Sequence record: MN091626.1
Direction: 5' to 3' (one strand)
Length of the DNA stretch: 64,000 nucleotides
The notes beneath the pieces were generated by a model that saw only the letters and a list, made by a program, of their open reading frames with translations, was not told the origin of the DNA and did no database searches. The position numbers and the translations under genes are program-made. Of the stretch, positions 48,019 to 57,898 are shown in pieces. Each line of letters opens with the position of its first letter. Position 1 is the stretch's first letter.

Positions 48019-51000
48019 ATCCCTATTCTTGGACTGTCTGCATGTCTACTAGTATATGGGTTTAATAATTCTAATGGAGTGTATAAAGCTGTATCACTTA
48101 CATCTTTTTTATTACCATCAGTATAACCACGAGTAGATTTAATCTGTGTATCATATGAAAGTTGTCTAACTATTCCCACCTTATTAGAATCGGGAGTAGA
48201 TATTCCTAATATACCTTGCATACTTTCGTCATAAGAACGAATATCAGGTTCATATGATTGTTCAGAGTTACGTCCAGCAGGACCTTTAAATGTAACAGAA
48301 GTCATCTTATCTATTTCTAAGTTAGGGTTTAAATCAGAAACTTCATCTACTGTAGGTTGTTCCATAATAGTTTTAATTAATTGGTCTTGTTTAACTGAAA
48401 TATTCTTAGGATTTTTATTATTATAAGAATCTGAATATTCTTTATAAGCATTTGCCATCATTTTATACAATAATGCGTTAATTTGCTCTGGTCCACGTAC
48501 ACGATAAATTCCCATATCATTATGATCTCTAGCTGAAACGTCTTCTAACATTGTATTAGCTAATAGTAATAATTCAACCATATTATCAGGAAGTTTTAAA
48601 TCTCTTAATACTTCTTTAGTAATAGGATCCATTGCTAAATCCATAGTATTTTTAATACCTTTACCAACATTACGACTGTAGAATTTATCATTGAAATATT
48701 CTAAGTAAGGTGTTTCAGTTTCAAAATCACTGAAATTGTATTGTGAAGTAGGTAATACAGTTAATCCAGACATTAATAAATCAAATCTTAATTTATCAGT
48801 AGAGTATATTAAATAACCGTCTTGGAATTTAATCTTATTCTTTTTATCATGAATGCTAATTCTTTCATTCTCAGTAGTAAATTTATAATCAACTTCATAA
48901 AGATCAAGAATATTAGTTAAACCTTTATAGAAACCTAATAATAGAATTGTAGGTACTAATTTATTAGTAATTTTAACACGTGAAAATGCCATCGTCTTAT
49001 TAGATTGAATATTCTTACTGAATTTCTTATCAATAACTCCAAAGTCAACTTCATTATCTAGTTTATCAATAATGTAATCAAATATATTTACTTCCATAGA
49101 TTTAATATTAGATTTACTACATTCATACATAACAGATTCTGTTTTGTCTGCTAATATTAATTTAGATTTATTAATATTATACCCGATAGGGAAATATTTA
49201 TCTTGATCATAATCAATCTTAGATAAACTAGCACTATCAGAAATCATTCCTAATAAACTTCTTTGGTTGAATTCAAGTACATTAGTGCCATCTTGGAAAT
49301 TTAATATATTTCTAGATAAACTATTATAAATAACTGAAGTTACGTATTTATTATTAATTAAAGAAGCATTACCTTTTTTAACAGATAGGTTAGATTTATT
49401 TTCAATATAATCTATAACTTGGTCATCTTCAATAACTTTCTTAATCCATTCAGTTTCAGCATTTTCTTTATAACCGAATTTTTCTATAATGAATTTATTA
49501 TAGTTAGTTGTAATCCAAACAGTATCAGGTTTATATTTAACGATTGGCCACATCATTAACTGTTTAGTTAATACTTTTTTACCGCCATTAAGTTTCATAT
49601 ATTTACCGTCAATAACTTTAGGTACATCAAATTTAACATTATGAGTTAAACCATCTGGACTTCTAAATTGGACTTTAACTGTATTTTTTAATGACTGACT
49701 ATCTGAATTATCTTCAATATTCATTTTATTAATAAATACTGGAATATCTTCATTGTCATTAAAGCTTTTCATTATATCAATAAAGTCTTTATTAAATGTT
49801 TTTTGCATATAAGAAATATCAAAATCATTAGAAGCAATATTGTTAATAGTCTCTTCATTGATATTATTAATATTTTCATTAATTTCTCTATCGATTAATT
49901 TATCTTCAGAAAAACTAAAATCTTCTAAATCATTAAGGTATTCATCTTGTTTCTTAGATAAAGCTAATATCTTTTTAGTATTTTTAAGAGCTTCATCACC
50001 AATACTAGATTTATTTTTAATATTTCTCTTAATTGATTTAAATGAATCATTCTTGTCTAATACGTCTGAATATAAAGTTTCAGTATCAATATCAATTAAA
50101 TCTTTATTATCATTTAATTCTTTTTCAATTATCATAGCTATATTATATTCATCATCAACATCCATTTCAGTATTGTCTAATGATCTAATATAACTTATTG
50201 TAGAATCTATTTTATTAGATATTTTTTCTAGCTGTTCATCATTTTCATATTCAACTTCATCATTCTGAGCTTCAATAGGGTCAATTGTACCTACATTATC
50301 AAATGCTTTCTTTTTAATTACTCCATCTACAGCTTCAGTATTATCATCATCTTCAACTTTACTAATTTCATCAGTATCCAATGCCTGTGTATTAGTGTCA
50401 ATCATTCTTCTTAATCTTTGTCTAAGTCTCATATTAAGTTTATTATAATCTTTGTAATCAAATTTAAACATTATTCCATTATCTAATGAGACAAATAATA
50501 AATTAACATTTTGATTTTCACCATGAGGTAATTCTTCTTGATTCTTAATCATCATGAATAAGCTTGACATGAAATCTTTTGTATTAGGTCTAATAGCTTG
50601 TTGAGAAGGTTTATTATACCCATCAACATTAATCACATAAAGTAAATTATTGTAATCTTCTGTATTATTTAAAGAGTTAAAAGTTGATTTAACTGAATCT
50701 AATACTGTATTAAAGTTTTTAGTCATTAATGATTTATCTTCTAAATCAATAAATTTAGTTGAATCAACAATATAGTTTCTACCTTTAAATAATTTCTCAT
50801 TTCGTTCAACTCTATACTGTTTATAAGATTTAGATTTAATTTCTTTTTGATAATCTGTTATATTCGTTAATAATCTAGTTCTTCTATTTTGAGTTCTATA
50901 CAATCTTGGTGTATAGATATTCTTGAAATTCTGATGATATAATAATCCACTATTTAAGAAATCAGTAAATGAATTTTCTTTAAAACCTTTATAAATAACT

Positions 51001-51104
51001 AACTGGTCTTTTTTCTTATCTTTGATTTCTTCATCAATAGCTTTAATTTTATATCCAGATATTGAATAGAATTTAAGATTTTTTAATCTATTAAGATATT
51101 TCAA
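48019..51104 (-). CDS. rpoB: Phage RNA polymerase beta subunit, exon 1
   Basis: YMKLNGGKKV, ISTPDSNKVGIVRQL, PLELLNPY..HADSPR; the track ORF runs on into the intron until 47946. Confidence 0.88.
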
Positions 51105-51564
51105 TTATGCCATTCCTTTCCGTATTTAATTTTATTGATTAATATATTTATATTACTTTTATTTTATAATATTATTCAATAAATTTCCTATATACAATAG
51201 TTTTGATTACTATCATTATGTATTTTAATTGGATTTATAAAAATAAAATAACGAACTATGTGAGTTATTTTTAAATACATTTTTATGAAATAAAAATGTG
51301 TACTATCCCCTCATAATATTTTAATTTATATAAATATACTATAAGAATAGTATATTTATTATTATAATATTTTATTATAATATAATTATAATATTCCGGA
51401 CACTTTCAAATTTTTTATCACATAATGGTACAAATTTATAATTTTTTAAATAATTAATATAAAAATATTTATTAACTTCATACATATTGTTTAATTATAT
51501 AAAAATTATAAAATACTCAGTAACATCTAAATATCAATAAAATAATGAAAGAAGTGAAAATAAA

Positions 51565-52791
51565 TTGGCTAATATGAATTATGAAAATAAAACACTTAAT
51601 GAAAAAGAAGTATCGACATTATTAAGTGTTGGTAAAGATGACATTACATTAGACAAGTTAAAAGAATTATTTGCTTTTAGACAAAATACAGAACCAATGT
51701 ATAATCCAACGGATAAATTTACATTAAAGAAAGATCTAGTCTATAATAAAAAAGATGAAAAAACTACTGTAGGTAGATATATATTTAATAAATTTATTTT
51801 AGATAATAAAATTGGACCGATTATAGGCTATATGAATCGTGATATGGGCGGTTCTGGAGTAGGTAAACTTCAATCTGATTTATCAAATTTATTACTTAAT
51901 GATATTATTACTACACAAGAAATGTCAAATTATATCGATAAATTACAATGGTTAGGTTTCTCTATAGCCAGTTTTATTAATTCTAGTCTAACTACTACAA
52001 TGATGACTGCTACTGAAAAAGTTAAACAGAAAAAAGAAGAGTTATTAGTTAAATATGAAAAAGCATTGAATACTCCTGGAGAGGAATTAAATGCAATATC
52101 AGTTATTGAAAAAGAATTAATCAATTTAAGTAAAGAAGAATTAAAAGGTTTAGCTGATTTAGATATTTATGATAGTGGTTCACGTGGTTCATTCGGCAAT
52201 AATTATAAATTAACTGCATTAATTCGTGGAGCAAATAAAAACTTTGCTGATCCAAGTAAAATTAGAATTGCTAAAAGCTCACTAGCTGAAGGAATTGATC
52301 CTAATGAACTTTATATGTTTGGAGATATTATGACTGCAGGTTCAGCTGGACGTGCACTAGGTACTCAAGAAGGAGGGTATCAGGCTAAGCAACTAATGTC
52401 GGCCTTCCAAACAACTGTTTTAGATAAAAAAGGTTCTGACTGTAGAACAAATCATTTCCTTAAATTAATATTAGATAAATCAAACGCATCATTAATGATG
52501 TATAGATATTTTAAAGATAATAACGCAAGATCAGGTCAATTAGTTTTATTAACTCCTGAAAATGTAGATGATTACATGGGTAGAGTTTTAGAATTTAGAA
52601 GTCCTATGTATTGTGCAAGTGAAGATATTTGTAGTAAATGTGCAGGAGAATTACCATATAAATTAGGAATTGAAAATATTGGTCTATTAGTTAACCAAGT
52701 TGCTCAAGCAATCGTAACAAGTTCAATGAAATCTTTCCATGATATGACGATTAAACAAAATGAAATAGATATAGAAAGTTATATAGAATAA
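51565..52791 (+). CDS. rpoC: Phage RNA polymerase beta-prime subunit, C-terminal part (copy 2)
   Basis: TTVGRYIFN, SGSRGS, TQEGGYQAKQL, SDC, RSPMYC...ICSKCAG, SMKSFH. Confidence 0.88.
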   Translation: MANMNYENKTLNEKEVSTLLSVGKDDITLDKLKELFAFRQNTEPMYNPTDKFTLKKDLVYNKKDEKTTVGRYIFNKFILDNKIGPIIGYMNRDMGGSGVGKLQSDLSNLLLNDIITTQEMSNYIDKLQWLGFSIASFINSSLTTTMMTATEKVKQKKEELLVKYEKALNTPGEELNAISVIEKELINLSKEELKGLADLDIYDSGSRGSFGNNYKLTALIRGANKNFADPSKIRIAKSSLAEGIDPNELYMFGDIMTAGSAGRALGTQEGGYQAKQLMSAFQTTVLDKKGSDCRTNHFLKLILDKSNASLMMYRYFKDNNARSGQLVLLTPENVDDYMGRVLEFRSPMYCASEDICSKCAGELPYKLGIENIGLLVNQVAQAIVTSSMKSFHDMTIKQNEIDIESYIE

Positions 52792-52798
52792 CATAGAT

Positions 52799-52840
52799 AG
52801 GATAACAATCATTAAATTGATTGTTATCCTTATTTTATTG
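52799..52840 (+). terminator. Intrinsic terminator
   Basis: AGGATAACAATCA/TGATTGTTATCCT plus T-rich tail. Confidence 0.8.
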
Positions 52841-52929
52841 GATTAAATCGTTCTTTAAATTTATATTATAATTATGAGGTGAATGATATGTATTAATGTG
52901 ATATACTTATAATTATAAAAATAAATTTA

Positions 52930-55023
52930 ATGGAGATGAAATGGATAATGTTAGGTAAAGAAATAATGAGAAGATCTGAAATAATTTACGATGATACAGA
53001 TATAAAAACTGTTTTAAATTTAGATCCGGATAAAGATTACATAAATGAAGAAGAGGATATCGAATATATCTGTCCTAAACATGGTAAACAAAAAAGAAAA
53101 ATAAAACAACATTTAGAAAAGAAAGGTTGTTTCGAGTGTCAATACGATAATAAGTCTAAAAAGACTAAAGGTAAAGATTTATTAGAAGAGTTTTACAAAA
53201 GATTTAGAGAAGATGTTTTTGATTATCCAGATATAGAAGAAGATCGTGTATATTCATCTAGAGAAGAAATAAAGATAGTTTGTTTTAAACATGGAGAGTT
53301 CACTAGACAAATTAGAGAACATAATACAAAAGCTAAAATATGTGATAAATGTAAATTAGAGGATGGAGGAAAAGATTTTAAAAAGAAACAATTTGAAGAA
53401 AGATTGAGAAATGAAAATTATGAAATGTATAAGATTACCGATTTTTCTGAGACTGTATTTGAAGGGTTAACTAATTTTATGTATGTTAGATGTAAAAAAC
53501 ATGATACGATTAACAAAATACAACCTAGATCATTACTAAGTAAGAATAGTAATGGGTGTTCAAAATGTAGAAGTGAAAAACTATTAAAAAGTAGAAGATC
53601 TAATAACAAGGTATATAACGTGGAAGATATTTTTAACATATATAAACAAAAAGGAAATCTTTTAAATACTGCGACTAAATATCTTGAAAATTTAAATCTC
53701 GAACAAAGAAAAGAGTTATTCTTAATGATATCCAAACATAATTTTGGAAATAAGTATGACTATTCTTTAATAGAAAAAGAAAAAAATAATTTTAAATCTA
53801 GAGATAAAGTAACACTAATATGTAAAGAACATAATGTCGAATTTAAACAAAATATATCACACCACTATAAAGGTAGGTTAGGTTGTGATAAGTGTAAAAA
53901 GGATAATGTGTCTAAAAGTATATCTGACTCATACAGATTTTCTAAAAGAACAGATATAAAACCTGAAGAATTAATAAAAGAAGTGGATAATGAAAATTTC
54001 AAAGATAATGAGATAAGAAAAATAGTGAGATTAATGAATTTTGAAGATAAAGGAAAATATTACAGATTATTAGGGAAAAAGATTAAGGGAGATAAATATA
54101 ACTATGATAAATTAGTGTATAACGGTGATAGTGTTCAGGTAACTATAACATGTAAAAAACATGGAGATTTTAAACAGGTAATATACGATCACTTTTTCCA
54201 AGATCATAATTGTAATAAATGTTCAAAGATCGTATCCAAACAAGAACTTAAATTAAGTAATGATTTGGAAAAATATTTTACAGTTAAAAATTCTTTAAGA
54301 AGAATATTTGAGGATAAAAGAAAAGAAATTGATATATTTATCAAAGATATTAATTTAGGTATAGAGATAAATGGTCTAAGATGGCATTCAAATGATATAA
54401 AAAAGGAGGATGAAAATAATTTTGCAAGATACCATCAATTTAGTAAAATGAATGAATCTGAATGTTTAGGTATAAAATTATTAAACTTCTATGACGATGA
54501 AATAAATATAAAGAAAAATGAAATTTCTTATTCTAAAATAATGAAAGAAATTTTATTATTTAATAATTCCTTTAATATTAAAAATATAGATTTAAAAGAT
54601 TTAGAGATGAAAAAGATATCTTATAATTTCATAAAGAAATTTTATAAGAAACATTCACTAGAATTCTTTAATGAAGAAGATAAAAATTATAGAGGAATAT
54701 TCTATAAAGGTTATATAGTTTCCGTATTCTCATTTAATAATAAGAACGAATGTCATAACTATAGCACGAATTACAATTTAAATGAAGATATTGATTTAAT
54801 ATTAGATGCTTACCCTAATACCATTTTTAATCTTAGATCAGATTCTTATAATAGATATAAATTTCAAGATTATGGGTTCATTACAATAAATAAAACTCTA
54901 CCGCAATATAGAAATTTCAATAAAAAAGGTTTAACTAAAAATAGATATAAAAGATTAGAAAAGAGGGATACTAATAATCCTAATAGAATTTATGATTGTG
55001 GTAGAACTATCATGATTTACTAA
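52930..55023 (+). CDS. Free-standing Zn-finger-repeat (CxxHG...CxxC) PD-(D/E)xK endonuclease
   Basis: Five C-x-(K/E)-H...C-x-x-C units; EIDIFIKDINLGIEINGLRWHS; RIYDCG terminus. Confidence 0.75.
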   Translation: MEMKWIMLGKEIMRRSEIIYDDTDIKTVLNLDPDKDYINEEEDIEYICPKHGKQKRKIKQHLEKKGCFECQYDNKSKKTKGKDLLEEFYKRFREDVFDYPDIEEDRVYSSREEIKIVCFKHGEFTRQIREHNTKAKICDKCKLEDGGKDFKKKQFEERLRNENYEMYKITDFSETVFEGLTNFMYVRCKKHDTINKIQPRSLLSKNSNGCSKCRSEKLLKSRRSNNKVYNVEDIFNIYKQKGNLLNTATKYLENLNLEQRKELFLMISKHNFGNKYDYSLIEKEKNNFKSRDKVTLICKEHNVEFKQNISHHYKGRLGCDKCKKDNVSKSISDSYRFSKRTDIKPEELIKEVDNENFKDNEIRKIVRLMNFEDKGKYYRLLGKKIKGDKYNYDKLVYNGDSVQVTITCKKHGDFKQVIYDHFFQDHNCNKCSKIVSKQELKLSNDLEKYFTVKNSLRRIFEDKRKEIDIFIKDINLGIEINGLRWHSNDIKKEDENNFARYHQFSKMNESECLGIKLLNFYDDEINIKKNEISYSKIMKEILLFNNSFNIKNIDLKDLEMKKISYNFIKKFYKKHSLEFFNEEDKNYRGIFYKGYIVSVFSFNNKNECHNYSTNYNLNEDIDLILDAYPNTIFNLRSDSYNRYKFQDYGFITINKTLPQYRNFNKKGLTKNRYKRLEKRDTNNPNRIYDCGRTIMIY

Positions 55024-55030
55024 TATAATA

Positions 55031-55078
55031 CAGTGACATTAATTTGTCACTGTATTATAATTATTTTTTTTTTTTATT
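55031..55078 (+). terminator. Intrinsic terminator
   Basis: CAGTGACA/TGTCACTG plus long T tract. Confidence 0.78.
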
Positions 55079-55163
55079 TAGGATTTATAAATAACTATTT
55101 TAATATAGTAATAGATATATTTCTATTTACTATATTCGTAAATTCTTTTTCTTACTCAATCTC

Positions 55164-55254
55164 GTAATTTGTTTTGCGTCAAGCAAGTTACATGGGCCTC
55201 CTACCCGTATAATATTGTACTACACCTAAGTGGATCATAGAAAATGGTCCACTT
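55164..55254 (+). ncRNA. Putative three-hairpin RNA upstream of tRNA-Asn
   Basis: Hairpins at 55164-55191 (11 bp), 55192-55208 (loop CCTCCTA) and 55228-55254 (11 bp); GC-richer than the flanks, no ORF. Confidence 0.45.
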
Positions 55255-55264
55255 TGTTTATCAT

Positions 55265-55336
55265 TGTCCCATAGCTCAACGGTAGAGCGATCGGCTGTTA
55301 ACCGGTTTGTTGAAAGTTCGAATCTTTCTGGGACAG
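55265..55336 (+). tRNA. trnN: tRNA-Asn(GTT), CCA not encoded
   Basis: Acceptor TGTCCCA/TGGGACA, D-arm GCTC/GAGC, loop CTGTTAA, T-arm GAAAG-TTCGAAT-CTTTC, discriminator G. Confidence 0.93.
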
Positions 55337-55341
55337 CTTAT

Positions 55342-55417
55342 GTTCTTGTTGCTACTGGTTAAAGCATATCGAGTAAATCGGTATTTTGTGAGTTCGACTC
55401 TCACCAAGAACACGCCA
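55342..55417 (+). tRNA. tRNA-like element with non-canonical anticodon loop (pseudo-tRNA)
   Basis: Acceptor GTTCTTG/CAAGAAC, T-arm GTGAG-TTCGACT-CTCAC, D-arm GCT/AGC with GG; loop AGTAAAT lacks U33; CCA lies 2 nt beyond the expected position. Confidence 0.6.
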
Positions 55418-55780
55418 ATAGGATTAATCATCCTTACACTAAGGCTGCAGACTTAGTGTGAATAAAATACAGTATGAGTTATATGCCACTCTTATACTGT
55501 TAGATTCAACTAATGCTAAGGCATATCATTAGTTGTAAAAATTTAAAACTTATATCTAATTTACGTTTAGTTATTAGATTGTATTTTTGTTAAAGAGGAC
55601 TTATTTTACTTAATTGTAATAAGTATCTGACTTTAACTTAATTGGTTTTCTAGTTTTGACCCTAACAATAAAAAACTAGACTATTAAATATTTTATTTCT
55701 TTTTAGCTCACAACTTAAAAGAAAAACTAGGTGGATCATTTTATGCTTTTTTGATCGGCTAAAAACTAATAAAGCACCCT
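55418..55780 (+). ncRNA. Putative structured non-coding RNA downstream of the tRNAs
   Basis: Series of adjacent hairpins, no ORF, closed by a palindromic terminator at 55782. Confidence 0.45.
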
Positions 55781-55781
55781 T

Positions 55782-55812
55782 ACCCTAACCTCATTAATTT
55801 GAAGGTTAGGGT
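55782..55812. repeat. CCCTAACC palindrome family copy / terminator
   Basis: ACCCTAACCTCATTAATTTGAAGGTTAGGGT. Confidence 0.8.
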
Positions 55813-55830
55813 TATTTTATACATAGTTTT

Positions 55831-55845
55831 AAATATATATTATAA
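55831..55845 (+). promoter_or_regulatory. Putative early promoter
   Basis: Exact AAATATATATTATAA, then TGAGA/TCTCA hairpin. Confidence 0.72.
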
Positions 55846-55897
55846 AAATGAGATATAATTCTCTCAAATACTTTTATAATATGGAGATGAAAAAGAT

Positions 55898-57847
55898 ATG
55901 ATAGGTTCAAAGATTAGAAAATCATTAAATGAAAAATTTGGTTATCATTATAAGTTTTTATTAGAAGATTTTAAGAAAGATTATGATTTAAATAATGATA
56001 CAATTATGGTAACTAAAGAAGCTAGTGACATCACAAAAGAATATAAAATAAAATCATTAAAGTATACTAAAGACATTGAAAAATTAGACAAAGACTTTAA
56101 GAAAGAGGAAGAAGAATTAAATATTAGAAAATCTAGAATTTTTAATTTAGATGAATTAGGTTTAGATGAAGACCTTAGAAACATCTGTAAGTATATAGAC
56201 AGCACTACTAAATTAAAAGTAAAAGTTAGAGAGTATAAAAAAGAAAGTAAAGAAAATATTGAATTCTTTTACAAAAATTTTGCTAATTATACTTATAATA
56301 GTGTAATATATGATATGAGTCAGTTTAAGCCATCAACAATTAGATCTAACCAGAAAGTTATATGTAGAAAACATGGACCTTTCTTTACCACTCCAGTAGA
56401 TTTCTTTATAAAGAAAAAAGGATGTCCGGTGTGTGAAAAAGAAACGGAAGAAGAAAAGAAAGATACTAGTTGGAAGGATGAATTCATAGAAAATAAAAAT
56501 GAAAAAATATATCAAGAAGTAAAGGAAGAGAAAGAAAAGGAAAATAAAAAATCTAAAAAAGAAAAGGTAGATGTGAAAAAAGAAAATAAAAAACTTTTAG
56601 ATGAAGTATTAAATCCACCTGAATTAGGATATTATAGAGAACCGGATAAGATACCTAATACTGAAAAAGAAAATGAGAGATTCTTGAAGAGTATTAAAGA
56701 AATAGATAGTAAATTTGAAGAACCTAAAGAAGTTGAAGAACCAAAGGAAATTGTTAAACCTAAATTAAATAAAAAGACAGTTGATCAAATAATAGGAGAC
56801 GATAATACTAATCTAAGCAGAAAAATTAGATATATAAATAAAAATATTTATACAGAAAATGAAAGACAAGATTTCTATAAAAAATTAACTGACCGCAAAC
56901 ATGGTAAAAATAAATATAAGATTGATAAATTTAGACCTAAGACGATTAAAGAAAAACAAGAAGTAATTTGTCTTAAGCATGGTCCTTTTAAAGTAACAGC
57001 TGAAGAATTATTAATTAAAGGTAGACAGTGTCCTAAATGTTCTTCTACTAGTACTTCCATAACAGAAACTTTTGTAAGAGAATATATTCAGAGTTTAGAT
57101 TTTGAAGTTAATAATTATGAGATAGAAGATTTAATCAAACCTTATGGTGTTGATATAGTTATCGAAAATTTAAAATTAGCTATTGAAGTTCAAGGTATTA
57201 AATATCATTCATCTGAAACACGATCAGAGGCTTCAAATAAATATCATCAATTAAGAAAATTAAAAATGCTAGAAAATAAAGGTTATCGTTTATTGAATAT
57301 ATACGATGATGAAATTCCTAATAAGAATAAAGGAATTGGTTGGGATAAATTTGGTAGATTCTTATCTGAATTAATGATGTTTGATAAAAGATTTGATATT
57401 GAAGAAATGGATACTAATTCAATAAAAATAGATACAATTAGTTATTACAAATTCAGAGAATTCTTTGAAAACTCTAGACAAGAATTTGTTACTGGTGATA
57501 CAGAATATAAAGGAGTGGTTTATAAGAATAAATTAATTTCAGTATTCTCTTATAATAAAGAAACACGAGAATGTCATAACTATCATACTATGACAAATAA
57601 TAAATTTGATTTAGAATTAATTAATAGAAAATACAAAGATTTAAAATTTATAGTTAAAAGAGATTCTTATGTAGCGTATAAAATGAAAAGCCATGATATG
57701 TTACCAATAGCAGAAACGGAACCTGATTTCTGTAACTTTTCAAAGACTAATGGAAATAGAAAAAATAACTATATAAGACAAAAAAGAAAGGATGAAAATG
57801 ATAAAAACAAAGTATATAACTGTGGAAATATAATTTTTGTATTTTAA
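55898..57847 (+). CDS. Free-standing Zn-finger PD-(D/E)xK endonuclease, paralog of 52930..55023
   Basis: CRKHGPF..GCPVC, CLKHGPF..QCPKC; GVDIVIENLKLAIEVQGIKYHS; KVYNCG terminus; central K/E-rich spacer. Confidence 0.75.
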   Translation: MIGSKIRKSLNEKFGYHYKFLLEDFKKDYDLNNDTIMVTKEASDITKEYKIKSLKYTKDIEKLDKDFKKEEEELNIRKSRIFNLDELGLDEDLRNICKYIDSTTKLKVKVREYKKESKENIEFFYKNFANYTYNSVIYDMSQFKPSTIRSNQKVICRKHGPFFTTPVDFFIKKKGCPVCEKETEEEKKDTSWKDEFIENKNEKIYQEVKEEKEKENKKSKKEKVDVKKENKKLLDEVLNPPELGYYREPDKIPNTEKENERFLKSIKEIDSKFEEPKEVEEPKEIVKPKLNKKTVDQIIGDDNTNLSRKIRYINKNIYTENERQDFYKKLTDRKHGKNKYKIDKFRPKTIKEKQEVICLKHGPFKVTAEELLIKGRQCPKCSSTSTSITETFVREYIQSLDFEVNNYEIEDLIKPYGVDIVIENLKLAIEVQGIKYHSSETRSEASNKYHQLRKLKMLENKGYRLLNIYDDEIPNKNKGIGWDKFGRFLSELMMFDKRFDIEEMDTNSIKIDTISYYKFREFFENSRQEFVTGDTEYKGVVYKNKLISVFSYNKETRECHNYHTMTNNKFDLELINRKYKDLKFIVKRDSYVAYKMKSHDMLPIAETEPDFCNFSKTNGNRKNNYIRQKRKDENDKNKVYNCGNIIFVF

Positions 57848-57853
57848 ATAATA

Positions 57854-57883
57854 ACCCTAACCTTATTAATTTAAGGTTAGGGT
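57854..57883. repeat. CCCTAACC palindrome family copy / bidirectional terminator
   Basis: ACCCTAACCTTATTAATTTAAGGTTAGGGT between convergent genes. Confidence 0.85.
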
Positions 57884-57898
57884 ATTTTATATTTTTTT

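Noticed and set aside
51105-51113. Mini-ORF ATG GCA TAA just upstream of the TTG start of the beta gene
   Set aside because: The ATG directly abuts the SD, too close for initiation; the TTG has normal spacing.
55192-55208. Third tRNA (Gly-TCC) from the 5-bp stem and 7-nt loop CCTCCTA
   Set aside because: No D-arm, T-loop (TTCRA) or acceptor stem at the right distances; no U33 or purine 37.
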